Origin: Antedon mediterranea
Taxonomy: Eukaryota; Animalia; Echinodermata
Assembly (NCBI RefSeq): GCF_964355755.1
Contig: NC_092672.1
Location: 32,618,437 to 32,682,436, forward strand
Direction of reading: 5' to 3'
Length of the DNA stretch: 64,000 nt
Each line of letters starts with the position of its first letter. The stretch's first letter is position 1. Below are positions 46,601-59,017 of this stretch, one piece after another. The position numbers and the translations under genes were made by a program. The notes below the pieces were generated by a model. It searched no databases and was not told where the DNA came from. It worked only from the letters and a program-made list of their open reading frames with translations.

Positions 46601-49600
46601 GTTACTTTTTTGCTAGGTTCATAGGTTAAATTTATTTTATTAATCTTACTCTCTCATTACTTTTTTTTAAAGGAATGTGTGCTTTGAAGACATGGTTGCA
46701 TTTGAAGGGTTGAATGTTTTTTCACTTGAGCGTATTGAGGTCAAAGGTGATGAAGATATATCTGATGCTTATTTGATATCTCCTTGGTCATGGTATTATA
46801 AAGATGAACACGGAAATTGGATTGAATATGGTGAAAAGGTAAGTAACAGGAAAATGTGTCGACAAACTTGAATCTTTGAGGAGATCACCAAGCTATTCTT
46901 GTTTTTAAATGTTGGCGTAAAATTGTGAATGTTCATTTTTCACCAGAACACAAAGCAGACATAAACAGTTCAGATATTGAAAGTTTGTTTAAAGGTTATA
47001 AACATGGAAGATCCACCATTAAATTTAAAGCAGGTAATAAACACTATACTTTGAACTTCTCTACTATGAGCCAAACCAACGATGTATCTGGTACCAGAAG
47101 ACCTGTTCGTCGAAGGCCAGTGGAACAGATAAAGCCAGAAGATGTTAGGAAGTACAGAGAAGATAAACCTTGGTAAAATATTCTTTCATGTCTTTTTCTG
47201 CCTGGTGATTAATATTTATTGGTGTATTCATAAAAAAACGTTTGGCCTACGGGATACAATGTAACGCTAATAGTCTAAAAATAAAACTGGCACAGATGAC
47301 CAGAAAGTGTTCCAATTCAGGCCACTGCGATCAAAATACAAATTTGCATCGTATGATACTGAATTTCACAGTGTGATTCCTTCCCAGCTTGAAACTTAAA
47401 AACACACAGACTATAAAATCAATTGGTTAGATGTTTACTTTACGTTTAATCTCAGCCATGCCTTAACACTCTATTGTCATGTTTATTTTATTTTCTGTTA
47501 GGCCAAACTGTCTTACTACATTTTAAAAACGCTAAATTCAACCAATCAGTATTATTGTGCATTAATTTGTATATGTATATAACGTAAGACGGGTATTTTA
47601 ATCATAAACAAACAAAAAGTAAATAAAAGAAAACAAAATGTATTGTTCAATATAATTAAAAGTACGACCTAGCCAATTATATAGCATTTTTAAAATCTAA
47701 CAATCAATAGTTGATTATAGTATTAGTAGTACTCCAGACTTTTCTTCTTATCTTGTTTAAATCAATTTCTTTCTCCCAATCGGTAATGTACTCGCTTTTA
47801 AAACAGCATATCTAATCTATTTGCAGGCTACACAGTTATACTTTCCCACGGACTTGGGATATGACAGCAAAACCAGACCGTCTTGTAATAGTAAGGAAAG
47901 AAACAAATCGTAAAGAATACAAAGAAATACACAAATTCTTTAAAAGTACACTCCCAGATGGAAAAATAAGAAAAGTTGAACGAGTTCAAAATGAGATTTG
48001 CTGGGAAACATTTGTACGGTAAATACATTATTATTTGAATTTTGCTAGAAATTTACTAATTTAGCAGATTTTTTTTGTTTACTATTATTAATTATTAACA
48101 CATTTTAGTGTATTCTTTGTCATTTGATTGGTTAATTCGTATCACATGATCTTCATTATTAGTTCTATTTAACAGAAATGTGATATTGGTGATGGTGATA
48201 TTCAACGATACTATTGAATGTACAGCTTTTTAAATGTTAGAATATTGTGTAATGCAAATGGTGTAACTATTGGTGATCCTGCTGAAACCATCACTCAAGA
48301 TCATAAATTCTTCCTTGCTATGTATGCTACTACTTCATAAATGTTATAAAATGCTTTTTTTTTTCTTATAAGGCAAAAGGAAACGATGATGAAGAAAAAT
48401 TCTTGTAGAAAAGTTAAAGAACTCCAACTGTTTCATGGAACAACGCAAGATAAAGTTGATGATATCTGTCGCGATAATTTTGACTTCCGCTTGAGGGGTA
48501 TTGCTAAACACCGCAAACCCCGCAAACCTCCAAAAAAACATAGCAAACCCCATCGAACCAACATAAAAGTGATTGAATCATGTAGTGTACAACCTACTGG
48601 GTATATCCATGTAAAAAAAAAATTAAATTTCTACTGTTAACAACTTATTTTTGGGGTAAAACATCATTTTTTGGTCAAAAATGATTGCTAAACCCCGCAA
48701 ACCTCCAAAAAAATATAGCAAACCCCACCGAACCAACATAAAAGTGATTGAATCATGTAGTGTACAACCTACTGGGTATATCCATGTAAAAAAAATATTA
48801 AATTTCTACTGTTAACTATTTATTTTTGGGGTAAAACATCATTTTTTGGTCAAAAATGATTGCTAATTTTTAACCAAAAAATGATGTTTTATCCGCAAAA
48901 AAGTAGTTAACAGTAGAAATTTAATATTTATATACCCAGTGGGTCGTACACTACATTATTCAATCACTTTAATGTTGGTTCGGTGGGGTTTGCTATGGTT
49001 TTTTGGAGGTTTGCGGGGTTTAACAATCATTTTTGACCAAAAAATGATGTTTTACCCCAAAAATAAGTTGTTAACAGTAGAAATTTAATATTTTTTTTAC
49101 ATTGATATACCCAGTGGGTTGTACACTACATGATTCAATCACTTTTATGTTGGTTCGGTGGGGTTTGCTATGTTTTTTTGGAGGTTTGCGGGGGTTTGCG
49201 GGGTTTGCGGTGTTTAGCAATACCCCGCTTGAGCGGTACACGAGTTGGTCATGTTTATGGCAAAGGAGCTTATTTCGCAAGGTCAGCAAAGTATTCCAAT
49301 AAGTTCGCTAAACAAGATAGTGCTGGTAAAAAGAGAATGTTTGTTGCAAGAGTTCTGGTTGGTAGCTACACAGTTGGTACAAAGGATACGTGCCGTCCCC
49401 CATATAAAGACCCCACAAATAAGGAAAAGGGGTCGTATAACTCTTGTGTTGATAATATAACTAATCCAAGTATTTTTGTAGTGTTTGATAACAATCAGGT
49501 TTATCCAGAATATCTGATCACATATACAGTTTCATCGGATTGTGAAACTTTTAATATGGCATCATACATGCAATTGTATTGTGGTAGCAGCCAAAATGTA

Positions 49601-50958
49601 GCAAGCATACCGATCAGTCGACCATCAAGTCTTGTTCCAACTGCTAGTCATCCATTGTCCAGTAACACAAATTCAGCAAGCAAGGTCAGTTCACCTACCA
49701 CTCGATTTTCAAGACTTGCTTCAGGCGATAATTCATCTTTCAGTAGTCCAAGTTCAACCAGCCTACATACTATTCGGTCTTCACAAACTCCTTCAAGTAC
49801 AAACCAAACCAACAGTAGCCAAAGTTCTATTGCAAATATCCCACATACTAGTCGGTTGTCAAGAAGGGCTTTAAGTACAATCAACCATCTAACAGTAGCA
49901 AAAGTTCTATTTGGAATATCCCAAGTTCTGTTGGGAATATCCCAAGTTCTATTGCAAATATCCCGCCTACTAGTCGGTTGTCAAGAAGTGCTTCAAGTAC
50001 AAATCAACCATCTAACAGTAGCAAAAGTTCTATTTGGCATATCCCAAGTTCTGTTGGGAATATCCCAAGTTCTGTTGGGAATATCCCAAGTTCTATTGCA
50101 AATATCCCACCTACTAATCGGTTGTCAAGAAGTGCTTCAGGTACAAACCAACCATCTAACAGTAGCAAAAGTTCTATTAGGAATATCCCAAATTCTGTTG
50201 GGAATATCTCAAGTTTTATTGCAGATTTTCCGCCTACTAGTCGGTTGTCAAGAAGTGCTTCAGGTACAAACCAACCATCTAACACTAACAGTATCCCAAG
50301 TTATATTGGGAATATTCCAAGTTCTGTTGGGAATATCCCAAGTTCTATTGCAAATACCCCACCAACTAGTCGGTTGTCAAGAAGTGCTTCAAGTACAAAT
50401 CAACCATCTAACAGTAGCAAAAGTTCTATTTGTAATATCCCAAGTTCTGTTGGGAATATCCCAAGTTCTATTGCAAATATCCCGCCTACTAGTCGGTTGT
50501 CAAGAAGTGTTTCAAGTACAAATCAACCATCTAACACTAACAGTATCCCAAGTTATATTGGGAATATCCCAACTTCTGTTGGGAATATCCCAAGTTCTGT
50601 TGGGAATATCCCCAGTTCTATTGCAAATATCCCACCTACTAATCGGTTCTCAAGAAGTGCTTCAAGTACAAACCAACCATCTAACAGTAGCAAAAGTTCT
50701 ATTTGTAATATCCCAAGTTCTGTTGGGAATATCCCAAGTTCTATTGCAAATACCCCACCAACTAGTCGGTTGTCAAGAAGTGCTTCAAGTACAAATCAAT
50801 CATCTAACAGTAGCCAAAGTTTTATTGGGAATATCCCAAGTTCTATTGCAAATATCCCACCTACTAGTCAGTTGTCAAGAAGTGCTTCAAGTACAAATCA
50901 ACCATCTAACACACAAGACAGCAAACCAAATAACAACACAAGATGTATCTGTATGTAA
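40644..50958 (+). CDS. PARP12/ZAP(ZC3HAV1)-like protein: 3 CCCH zinc-finger modules, CCCH-WWE-WWE, mono-ART PARP domain, S/N-rich repeat tail, CaaX; interrupted by a MITE and a 1-nt frameshift
   Basis: Exons 40644-41004, 41652-41883, 42201-42727, 42904-43272, 43525-43744, 43997-44556, 44725-45099, 45339-45561, 45812-46432, 46673-about 46838, about 46947-47172, 47827-48018, 48373-end. Motifs LHLCGY, LPYQWQ, WYYKDEHGNWIEYG, YTLNFSTMSQTN..GTRRPVRRRP, ERVQN, LFHGT, YGKGAYFA, MFVARVLVG, YNSCVD...PSIFVVF..NQVYPEYLITY. Confidence 0.88.
48496..49225. mobile_element. palindromic MITE inserted in the PARP catalytic exon, 8-bp TSD
   Basis: TIR gggtattgctaaacaccgcaaacc; TSD cgcttgag at 48488-48495 and 49226-49233; removal restores DFRLSGTRVGHVYGKG. 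Confidence 0.93.
49840..50910 (+). repeat. coding tandem repeat of the PARP tail (PPTSRLSRSASSTNQPSN + NIPSSVG units)
   Basis: Composite repeat with variable numbers of 21-nt aatatcccaagttctgttggg units. Confidence 0.9.
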
Positions 50959-52344
50959 TATATTTTTTATTTGAACACACTCTGCTTGTTTAGCAGCTTT
51001 GATCGATCATTTAAGTTTGGTTTGTCTTTTGACATGTATACAATTAGCCTAGTTTTAGAACGTCTTATTATTCAGAAATACAAACAACTACAACGTGACT
51101 GATTGTTTGAAAAGATAAGTGTAAAGCACGCGCATAATTAATTTTCTTAATTTTTAAAATTAAATCGTATGACCATTTAGCTTGCTGGGCAAGTGTAACA
51201 ATACATTAATATATTAATGTCTTAATCAATGGTATACCTCAATTAATGTTTTCAATATTTTACTGTTTTATTTATTATTCTTTTTTGCATGTATGGACAA
51301 CCATTGATGCACGGATGACGGCATTTTTTTAAAGGAAAAAAATAGAAACATATTTTTGACTTTTGTAAAAATGATTTATTATATTCTCTCTGTATAAATA
51401 CAAATATATTTGTATAAAAGTAGATTTTTTGTGTCTTACTTGGGTTCATCCCACTTTTATTGACATAAATACATATATATTGTACATTACATTTCTGTTG
51501 TACACATCACTTTATATGTTCTGATCCATTGTGTTTTTAAATTACGTTTACATATATCTTAGCTTATATACTTTAATATACTTTATTATTAACTATTTCT
51601 TATAAAAAAAACAGTAATCCATTAACATGTATATTTATCCTATTAACATTTGTTTTTAATCATGCATATTTGCTTTCTTTTTGAGTTTATCTTTTTCATT
51701 ATTATCTTTTAACACTTAACTTTTTTATAGAGTTAAACATTTTGTGTTTAGAGTATTTAACTTTTTTTAAACCCATAATTTATTTTCCAACTAAATACAT
51801 AATTTATTTTCCAACTAAATATATAATTTATGTTCAACATACATTTCAAGTAATTTTATTCCATTTACATATATTTTATCTTGTTTGTATCATGATGTAT
51901 GATACAAAAGTAGATTTTAGTAAACAATGCATGTTAGGCGACTATATATTCTGTTTACCATCGATAGAAAATTAATAAATGTTGAATTTTAAAGAATTAT
52001 GTGACCCAGAACATAATTATAAAAAGTATAATAAATAATATGTTTTAATATTAAATGATTTGATAAAGTTGCACAGTTGAATTGTCCTTTTTATCGTTGT
52101 TTACCATTAATTTTCAACACATTGTCAGGACTACATTGTTTGGTTCTTATTTGTTCATTTCAAGTACATAGGCCTTTGGACTTAAATACTAAAAACATAA
52201 CTAAGACTATAACCTAAGATAACTACATATTTCGTCTTTCATAAGCAAAATTGTCTTAAACTATAAGAAAAGTTTGTGTTTGAAAACATAACTAACAGAT
52301 AAACTAAAGATAAACATAAATAAATGTTAGTATAAACTTGTTTC

Positions 52345-52908
52345 TTAAACCTTCTTTAGAGTGTGTCCAACATACACTCCTACCTTTAGGCCCAAATCAA
52401 AATTGTTCATATCTTGAATAGCCTTCGATGCAGTATCATGGTCTTCGAAGCTTACAAAACCGAAGCCTCTGCTTTTTGAATTTTCATCATGCATCACTTT
52501 AGCACTGACGATTTTTCCATATTTATTAAACACTTTCAGTTGATCATCTGTAATATCAATGTTCAAGTGCTTGATATAAATGTTTCTGTAACTCTTTATC
52601 TTATCAGCCATGTTGGCATCTCTGGCTTTACTAGGAATCCAATGACCCACATACACTTTTTTGCCATTGAGCAACATGCCGTTGACTTTACTTACAGCCT
52701 TTGAGGCATCATCTTCTTTCTCAAATTGAATAAACCCATAGCCTTTTGACTCATTGTTATCATCACATTGAATCTTACAAGAAAAAATGTTACCAAATTC
52801 TGAAAATGTATCATACAGAGCTTTGCTATCAATTGACTTGTCCAGGTTTTTTAATGAAGACGTTTCCCGTGCCAGTACGACGTAAAGTTGGATTACGTTG
52901 AGAACCAC
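52345..52908 (-). pseudogene. out-of-frame continuation of the captured PABPC sequence (RRM2-RRM3)
   Basis: [49 protein letters not shown]; separated from the upstream ORF by two +1 indels at about 52904 and 52850. Confidence 0.82.
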
Positions 52909-55900
52909 ATAATATGGATTGGGCGCCCTTTCATAGCATCAAAGTTCATTGTGTTTAGGGCTCTTTCTGCATCTGCGGCTTTTTGAAAATTTACATACGC
53001 GTAGCCAAGGGAACGTCTGGTGAAGGCATCACGACAAACGCGTATGGATAAAATGGGTCCAGCTGTTGAGAATTTTTCAAAAAGCATAGCTTCTGTAACT
53101 TCAGGATTCAAATCTTCAACATATAAAGAGGCAATACAGTAGTTGGACACTTCTTGCGCATTTATCATTTTGTTTTGTGGTTTTATTTCTGGTTTTGGCT
53201 TTTGAATATCTGACATAGTGGAATACAGTGAGGAACTTGTTGGTGATGCCAGTACTAAAGTAGTCGACAAAGTTACAGGATGCGTTGGTTTGATTTGTGG
53301 TTTTATTTCTGGTTTTTGCTTTGGAATATCTGACATAGTGGAATACAGTGAGGAACTTGTTGGTGATGCCAGTACTCTGTCCATGTTATAACTTGTTCTA
53401 TTAGTAGTCGACAAAGTTACAGGATGCGTTGGTTTGATTTGTTGTTTTATTTCAGGTTTTGGCTTTTGAATATCTGATCTAGTGGAATACAGCGAGGAAC
53501 TTGTTGGTGATGCCAGTATTCTGTCCATGTTATAACTTGTTCTATTAGTAGTCGACAAAGTTACAGGATGCGTTGGTTTGATTTGTGGTTTTATTTCTGG
53601 TTTTTGCTTTTGAATATCTGACATAGTGGAATACAGTGAGGAACTTGTTGGTGATACCAGTACTCTGTCCATGTTAAAACTTGTTCTATTAGTAGTCGAC
53701 AAAGGTACAGGATGCGTTGGTTTGATTTGTGGTTTTATTTCTGGTTTTTGCTTTGGAATATCTGACATAGTGGAATACAGTGAGGAACTTGTTGGTGATG
53801 CCAGTACTCTGTCCATGTTATAACTTGTTCTATTAGTAGTCGACAAAGTTACAGGATGCGTTAGTTTGATTTGTGGTTTTATTTCTGGTTTTGGCTTTTG
53901 AATATCTGACATAGTGGAATATAGTGAGGAACTTGTTGGTGATGCCAGTACTCTGTCCATGTTATAACTTGTTCTATTAGTAGTCGACAAAGTTACAGGA
54001 TGCGTTGGTTTGATTTGTGGTTTAATTTCTGGTTTTGGCTTTTGAATATCTGATCTAGTGGAAGACAGTGAGGAACTTGTTGGTGGTGCCAGTACTCTGT
54101 CCATGTTATAACTTGTTCTATTAGTAGTCGACAAAGTTACAGGATGCGTTGGTTTGATTTGTGGTTTTATTTCTGGTTTTTGCTTTGGAATATCTGACAT
54201 AGTGGAATACAGTGAGGAACTTGTTGGTGGTGCCAGTACTCTGTCCATGTTATAAATTGTTCTATTAGTAGTCGACAAAGTTACAGGATGCGTTGGTTTG
54301 ATTTGTTGTTTTATTTCTGGTTTTGGCTTTTGGATATCTGATCTAGTGGAATACAGTGAGGAACTTGTTGGTGATGCCAGTATTCTGTCCGTGTTATAAC
54401 TTGTTCTATTAGTAGTCGAAACAGTTACAGGATGCGTTGGTTTGATTTGTGGTTTTATTTCTGGTTTTTGCTTTGGAATATCTGACATATTGGAATACAG
54501 TGAGGAACTTGTTGGTGATGCCAGTACTCTGTCCATGTTATAACTTGTTCTATTAGTAGTCGACAAAGTTACAGGATGCGTTGGTTTGCTTTGTGGTTTT
54601 ATTTCTAGTTTTTGCTTTCGAATATCTGACATAGTGGAATACAGTGAGGAACTTGTTGGTGATGCCAGTACTCTGTCCATGTTATAACTTGTTCTATTAG
54701 TAGTCGACAAAGTTACAGGATGCGTTGTTTTGATTTGTGGTTTTATTTGTGTTTTTTGTTTTGGAATATTTGACATAGTGGAATACAGTGAGGAACTTGT
54801 TGGTGATGCCAGTACTCTGTCCATGTTATAACTTGTTCTATTAGTAGTCGACAAAGTTACAGGATGCGTTGGTTTGATTTGTGGTTTTATTTCTGGTTTT
54901 TGCTTTGGAATATCTGACATAGTGGAATACAGTGAGGAACTTGTTGGTGATGCCAGTACTCTGTCCATGTTATAACTTGTTCTATTAGTAGTCGACAAAG
55001 TTACAGGATGCGTTGGTTTGATTTGTGGTTTTATTTCTGGTTTTTGCTTTGGAATATCTGACATAGTGGAATACAGTGAGGAACTTGTTGGTGATGCCAG
55101 TACTCTGTCCATGTTATAACTTGTTCTATTAGTAGTCGACAAAGTTACAGAATGCGTTAGTTTGATTTGTGGTTTTATTTCTGGTTTTGGCTTTTGAATA
55201 TCTGACATAGTGGAATACAGTGAGGAACTTGTTGGTGATGCCAGTACTCTGTCCATGTTATAACCTGTTCTATTAGTAGTCGACAAAGTTACAGGATGCG
55301 TTGGTTTGATTTGTGGTTTTATTTCTGGTTTTGGCTTTTGAATATCTGACATAGTGGAATGCAGTGAGGAACTTGTTGGTGGTGCCAGTACTCTGTCCAT
55401 GTTATAACTTGTTCTATTAGTAGTCGACAAAGTTACAGGATGCATTGGTTTGATTTGTGGTTTTATTTCTGGTTTTTGCTTTGGAATATCTGACATAGTG
55501 GAATACAGTGAGGAACTTGTTGGTGATGCCAGTACTCTGTCCATGTTATAACTTGTTCTATTAGTAGTCGACAAAGTTAAAGGATGCGTTCGTTTGATTT
55601 TTTGTTTTATTTCTGGTTTTGGCTTTTGAATATCTGATCTAGTGGAATACAGTGAGGAACTTGTTGGTGATGCCAGTATTCTGTCCATGTTATAACTTGT
55701 TCTATTAGTAGTCGACAAAGTTACAGGATGCGTTGGTTTGATTTGTGGTTTTATTTCTGGTTTTTGCTTTGGAATATCTGACATAGTGGAATACAGTGAG
55801 GAACTTGTTGGTGATGCCAGTACTCTGTCCATGTTATAACTTGTTCTATTAGTAGTCGACAAAGTTACAGGATGCGTTGGTTTGCCTTGTGGTTTTATTT

Positions 55901-58862
55901 CTAGTTTTTGCTTTGGAGTATCTGACATAGTGGAATACAGTGAGGAACTCGTTGGTGATGCCAGTACTCTGTCCATGTTATAACTTGTTCTAGTAGTCGA
56001 CAAAGTTACTGGATGCGTTGTTTTGATTTGTGGTTTTATTTGTGTTTTTTGCTTTGGAATATTTGACATAGTGGAATACAGTGAGGAACTTGTTGGTGAT
56101 GCCAGTACTCTGTCCATGTTATAACTTGTTCTATTAGTAGTCGACAAAGTTACAGGATGCGTTGGTTTGATTTGTGGTTTTATTTCTGGTTTTTGCTTTG
56201 GAATATCTGACATAGTGGAATACAGTGAGAAACTTGTTGGTGATGCCAGTACTCTGTCCATGTTATAACTTGTTCTATTAGTAGCCGACAAAGTTACAGG
56301 ATGTGTTGGTTTGCTTTGTGGTTTTATTTCTGGTTTTTGTGCTTTAACAACTGACCCAACGGAGGACATTGAGAAACGTGTTGGTGATGTCATATAGCCT
56401 TTGCTATTAGTACTCGACGTGGTTACAAGATGCGTTGTTTTGTTTTGTATTTTTATTTTTGGTTTTTGTGTTTTCAAAACTGACCCAACGGAGGACATCG
56501 AGGAACTTGTTGATGATGTTGTATAACTTTTGCTATTAGTATTCGACGTGGTTACAGGATAATAAGTTGTTTTACCTTCTGTTTTTTCTGATTTTTGCTT
56601 TTCAATACCTGATTGAATAGAATACGCCGAGGACGTTGTGGAACTCTTTATCTTATCAGCTATGATGGCATCTCTGGCTTTACGAGGAATCAAATGACCT
56701 ACATACACTTGTTTGCCACTGAGCAACATGCCGTTGACTATACGTATAGCCTTTGAGGCATCATCGTCTTTCTCAAATCGGATAAACCCATAGCTTTTTG
56801 ATTCATTGTTTTCATCACATAGAATCTTACAAGACAAAATGTTGCCAAATGCTGAAAATGTATCATACAGAGCTTTGTTATCAATTGACTTGTCCAAGTT
56901 CATAATGAAGACGTATTCCATGCCAGTACGTTGAGACCACGTAATACGGATTGGGCGCCTTTCGATAGTATCAAATTTCATTGTGTTTAGGGCTCTTTCT
57001 GCATCTGCGACTTTTTGAAAATTGACATGTGCGTAGCCAAGCGAACGTCTGGTGATGGCATCACGACAAACGCGTACGGATAAAATTGGTCCAGCTGTTG
57101 AGAATTTTTCAAAAAGCATAGCTTCTGTAACTTCAGGATTCAAATCTCCAACATATAAAGAGGCAATAGAGTAGTTGGACACTGCTTGCGCATCTATCAT
57201 TTTGTTTTGTGGTTTTACCGTTTCAGGTTTTTGCTTTTGAATATCTGATCTAGTGGAATACATTGAGGAACTTGTTGGTGATGCCAATACTCTGTCCAGA
57301 TTATAACCTTTGATGTTAGCAGTCGACGTGGTTACAGGATGGGAAGCTGTTTTTCGTTTTTCTGCTTCAATACGTGGCCCAACAGAATACTTTGTAGAGC
57401 TCAACGGTGATGCCAGTACTCTCTCCATGTCATACTCTTTGATATTAACAGTCGACGTGGTTACAGGATGGGAAGCGGCTTTTCTTTGTGTTTTTAGTAT
57501 TGTTGGTTTTTTTTCAATGGAATACACAGAGGAACTTGTTGGTGATGCCAGTGTTCTTTTCCAATTAGCAGTCAACATGGCTAGAGGACGGTCTTTTTGT
57601 CCACCTGGCTGCTGTAGGCCTACTGTGTTCAACTTATATGTTCTGGAATTTTCTTTTGATTCAAGTGAAACCCTATCATAACGATCATTGCTTTCAGAAG
57701 GGATCACATAACTACTGAATGGTTGCCTTGCAGAAATATTATATTGCTGACTTTTGTGGATGGGAATTCTCCAATCTCTAGGAGGCTGCGATAGTGTAGG
57801 TGATGTGAGCACATTTGTCTTCTGAGGAATGTAGTTCTGGGTTTGGTTAGGTAGTATCGCTTGTTTTGCACCCAGAAAATTGCCTGAATAATATAAAGCA
57901 GAATACTGATTTGTATAGCTGAAATTTCTCCCATCACTGCATGGTGAAACAGGAGGTATCTGATGAGTCTTTCGCCATAACATACATTTTACTCGTAGAT
58001 TACGCTGTGAACTAAATTTAAAATATTTGGATAACTCTTCTGTATGCCATGACTGTTCTGTGTTGGGCAACCGGTATGAATTTTCTTCACCTCGATCAAT
58101 GCTGTAAACGTTAACAAATTGTGCCTGTCGAGCAACAGAACTAAAAAATTCCGTATTACCTCCTTTTGAATTTTCTAAATAGAAAATAAAGGCACCTGGT
58201 TTAGCTTGGTTTAGAAGTCTTAGGAGTGTCTGTTGTGAATTCGGTAGTGCCTTTATAGCAGATATAAACTTACTACATGTAATCAGATCTGCACTAGCTA
58301 TGGCTTTTACATGTTCATTGGAAATATATCCTGTAATACCGACTTCAAAGTGAAGATAGCCAACTGATATGCTAGATTTTCCACCTAGACTTGATAATAA
58401 ACAATTAAATGCAATTTTCCAATTGGGATGTCGATCAAAAACAGTTGCACAAATCATAACTTCTGTATAACCGTTACTATTGAGAAACATCTTAACACCA
58501 AACAAGTCTGTTCCAGGTCCTCCACCCAAAGCGCAGACATTAAGACAGCTACGAAGTGAAGTAGGCCCCAATAGTGTGTCCAAGTATCCCTTGTGATAGA
58601 ATTGTTGTAGGCTGTTGGTAATACCATGACATAACACGGGGAAATAGAGGAAAACGTAACATGCTTGGTAAGCAGGATCGTCAAAATCAACATCTCCACG
58701 ACCATATTTGAGAGACGATCCTGTGTATGAGTTATAAAGTTGTACAATGCAACTAGCCAGTTGATCACGACTTTTGTTGGTATACCTTAAAATATCGCGT
58801 ACTCCATCGTTCGTGAGAAGCAGAACAGGTTTGCCTAGAGGCCAAGTCTGGTAATTATCCAT
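52893..58862 (-). CDS. SAM-dependent methyltransferase-like paralogue 3 fused to PABPC-derived RRM1-RRM2, about 22 x 48-aa repeats and a second RRM1 (1989 aa)
   Basis: Single uninterrupted ORF. MTase-like domain at about 57970-58862. [45 protein letters not shown] and [25 protein letters not shown] (about 56640-57200) are recognisably cytoplasmic PABP. Confidence 0.88.
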   Translation of the reverse strand: MDNYQTWPLGKPVLLLTNDGVRDILRYTNKSRDQLASCIVQLYNSYTGSSLKYGRGDVDFDDPAYQACYVFLYFPVLCHGITNSLQQFYHKGYLDTLLGPTSLRSCLNVCALGGGPGTDLFGVKMFLNSNGYTEVMICATVFDRHPNWKIAFNCLLSSLGGKSSISVGYLHFEVGITGYISNEHVKAIASADLITCSKFISAIKALPNSQQTLLRLLNQAKPGAFIFYLENSKGGNTEFFSSVARQAQFVNVYSIDRGEENSYRLPNTEQSWHTEELSKYFKFSSQRNLRVKCMLWRKTHQIPPVSPCSDGRNFSYTNQYSALYYSGNFLGAKQAILPNQTQNYIPQKTNVLTSPTLSQPPRDWRIPIHKSQQYNISARQPFSSYVIPSESNDRYDRVSLESKENSRTYKLNTVGLQQPGGQKDRPLAMLTANWKRTLASPTSSSVYSIEKKPTILKTQRKAASHPVTTSTVNIKEYDMERVLASPLSSTKYSVGPRIEAEKRKTASHPVTTSTANIKGYNLDRVLASPTSSSMYSTRSDIQKQKPETVKPQNKMIDAQAVSNYSIASLYVGDLNPEVTEAMLFEKFSTAGPILSVRVCRDAITRRSLGYAHVNFQKVADAERALNTMKFDTIERRPIRITWSQRTGMEYVFIMNLDKSIDNKALYDTFSAFGNILSCKILCDENNESKSYGFIRFEKDDDASKAIRIVNGMLLSGKQVYVGHLIPRKARDAIIADKIKSSTTSSAYSIQSGIEKQKSEKTEGKTTYYPVTTSNTNSKSYTTSSTSSSMSSVGSVLKTQKPKIKIQNKTTHLVTTSSTNSKGYMTSPTRFSMSSVGSVVKAQKPEIKPQSKPTHPVTLSATNRTSYNMDRVLASPTSFSLYSTMSDIPKQKPEIKPQIKPTHPVTLSTTNRTSYNMDRVLASPTSSSLYSTMSNIPKQKTQIKPQIKTTHPVTLSTTRTSYNMDRVLASPTSSSLYSTMSDTPKQKLEIKPQGKPTHPVTLSTTNRTSYNMDRVLASPTSSSLYSTMSDIPKQKPEIKPQIKPTHPVTLSTTNRTSYNMDRILASPTSSSLYSTRSDIQKPKPEIKQKIKRTHPLTLSTTNRTSYNMDRVLASPTSSSLYSTMSDIPKQKPEIKPQIKPMHPVTLSTTNRTSYNMDRVLAPPTSSSLHSTMSDIQKPKPEIKPQIKPTHPVTLSTTNRTGYNMDRVLASPTSSSLYSTMSDIQKPKPEIKPQIKLTHSVTLSTTNRTSYNMDRVLASPTSSSLYSTMSDIPKQKPEIKPQIKPTHPVTLSTTNRTSYNMDRVLASPTSSSLYSTMSDIPKQKPEIKPQIKPTHPVTLSTTNRTSYNMDRVLASPTSSSLYSTMSNIPKQKTQIKPQIKTTHPVTLSTTNRTSYNMDRVLASPTSSSLYSTMSDIRKQKLEIKPQSKPTHPVTLSTTNRTSYNMDRVLASPTSSSLYSNMSDIPKQKPEIKPQIKPTHPVTVSTTNRTSYNTDRILASPTSSSLYSTRSDIQKPKPEIKQQIKPTHPVTLSTTNRTIYNMDRVLAPPTSSSLYSTMSDIPKQKPEIKPQIKPTHPVTLSTTNRTSYNMDRVLAPPTSSSLSSTRSDIQKPKPEIKPQIKPTHPVTLSTTNRTSYNMDRVLASPTSSSLYSTMSDIQKPKPEIKPQIKLTHPVTLSTTNRTSYNMDRVLASPTSSSLYSTMSDIPKQKPEIKPQIKPTHPVPLSTTNRTSFNMDRVLVSPTSSSLYSTMSDIQKQKPEIKPQIKPTHPVTLSTTNRTSYNMDRILASPTSSSLYSTRSDIQKPKPEIKQQIKPTHPVTLSTTNRTSYNMDRVLASPTSSSLYSTMSDIPKQKPEIKPQIKPTHPVTLSTTLVLASPTSSSLYSTMSDIQKPKPEIKPQNKMINAQEVSNYCIASLYVEDLNPEVTEAMLFEKFSTAGPILSIRVCRDAFTRRSLGYAYVNFQKAADAERALNTMNFDAMKGRPIHIMWFST
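53180..56340 (-). repeat. 144-bp coding tandem array, about 22 units
   Basis: Identical phase recurs at 53341, 54781 and 55501 (multiples of 144); unit [48 protein letters not shown]. Confidence 0.95.
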
Positions 58863-58973
58863 TCTTTAAGTGGTAGGCCTATTATGTAATAAGCTTGGTA
58901 CTGGTTCATGAAAGATGTGTAATAATATGATGAATAACTAACGTTTAGAAAAACATATTATTTTTCAATATTC

Positions 58974-59017
58974 GGAATTTCCAAATTTTATTTAATAATA
59001 TCAAATCTGGAATTTCC
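58974..59017 (-). promoter_or_regulatory. paired NF-kB/Rel-like sites upstream of paralogue 3
   Basis: ggaatttcc at 58974-58982 and 59009-59017. Confidence 0.45.

Noticed and set aside
49880-50974. Hydrophobic LLGISQV repeat as the true PARP C-terminus
   Set aside because: Arises from a one-base deletion relative to the other repeat units; the alternative frame continues the preceding S/T/N-rich composition and ends in CaaX.
52345-57200. The organism's canonical PABPC gene
   Set aside because: Intronless, diverged, lacks RRM4 and MLLE, and is embedded in another ORF; a derived copy.
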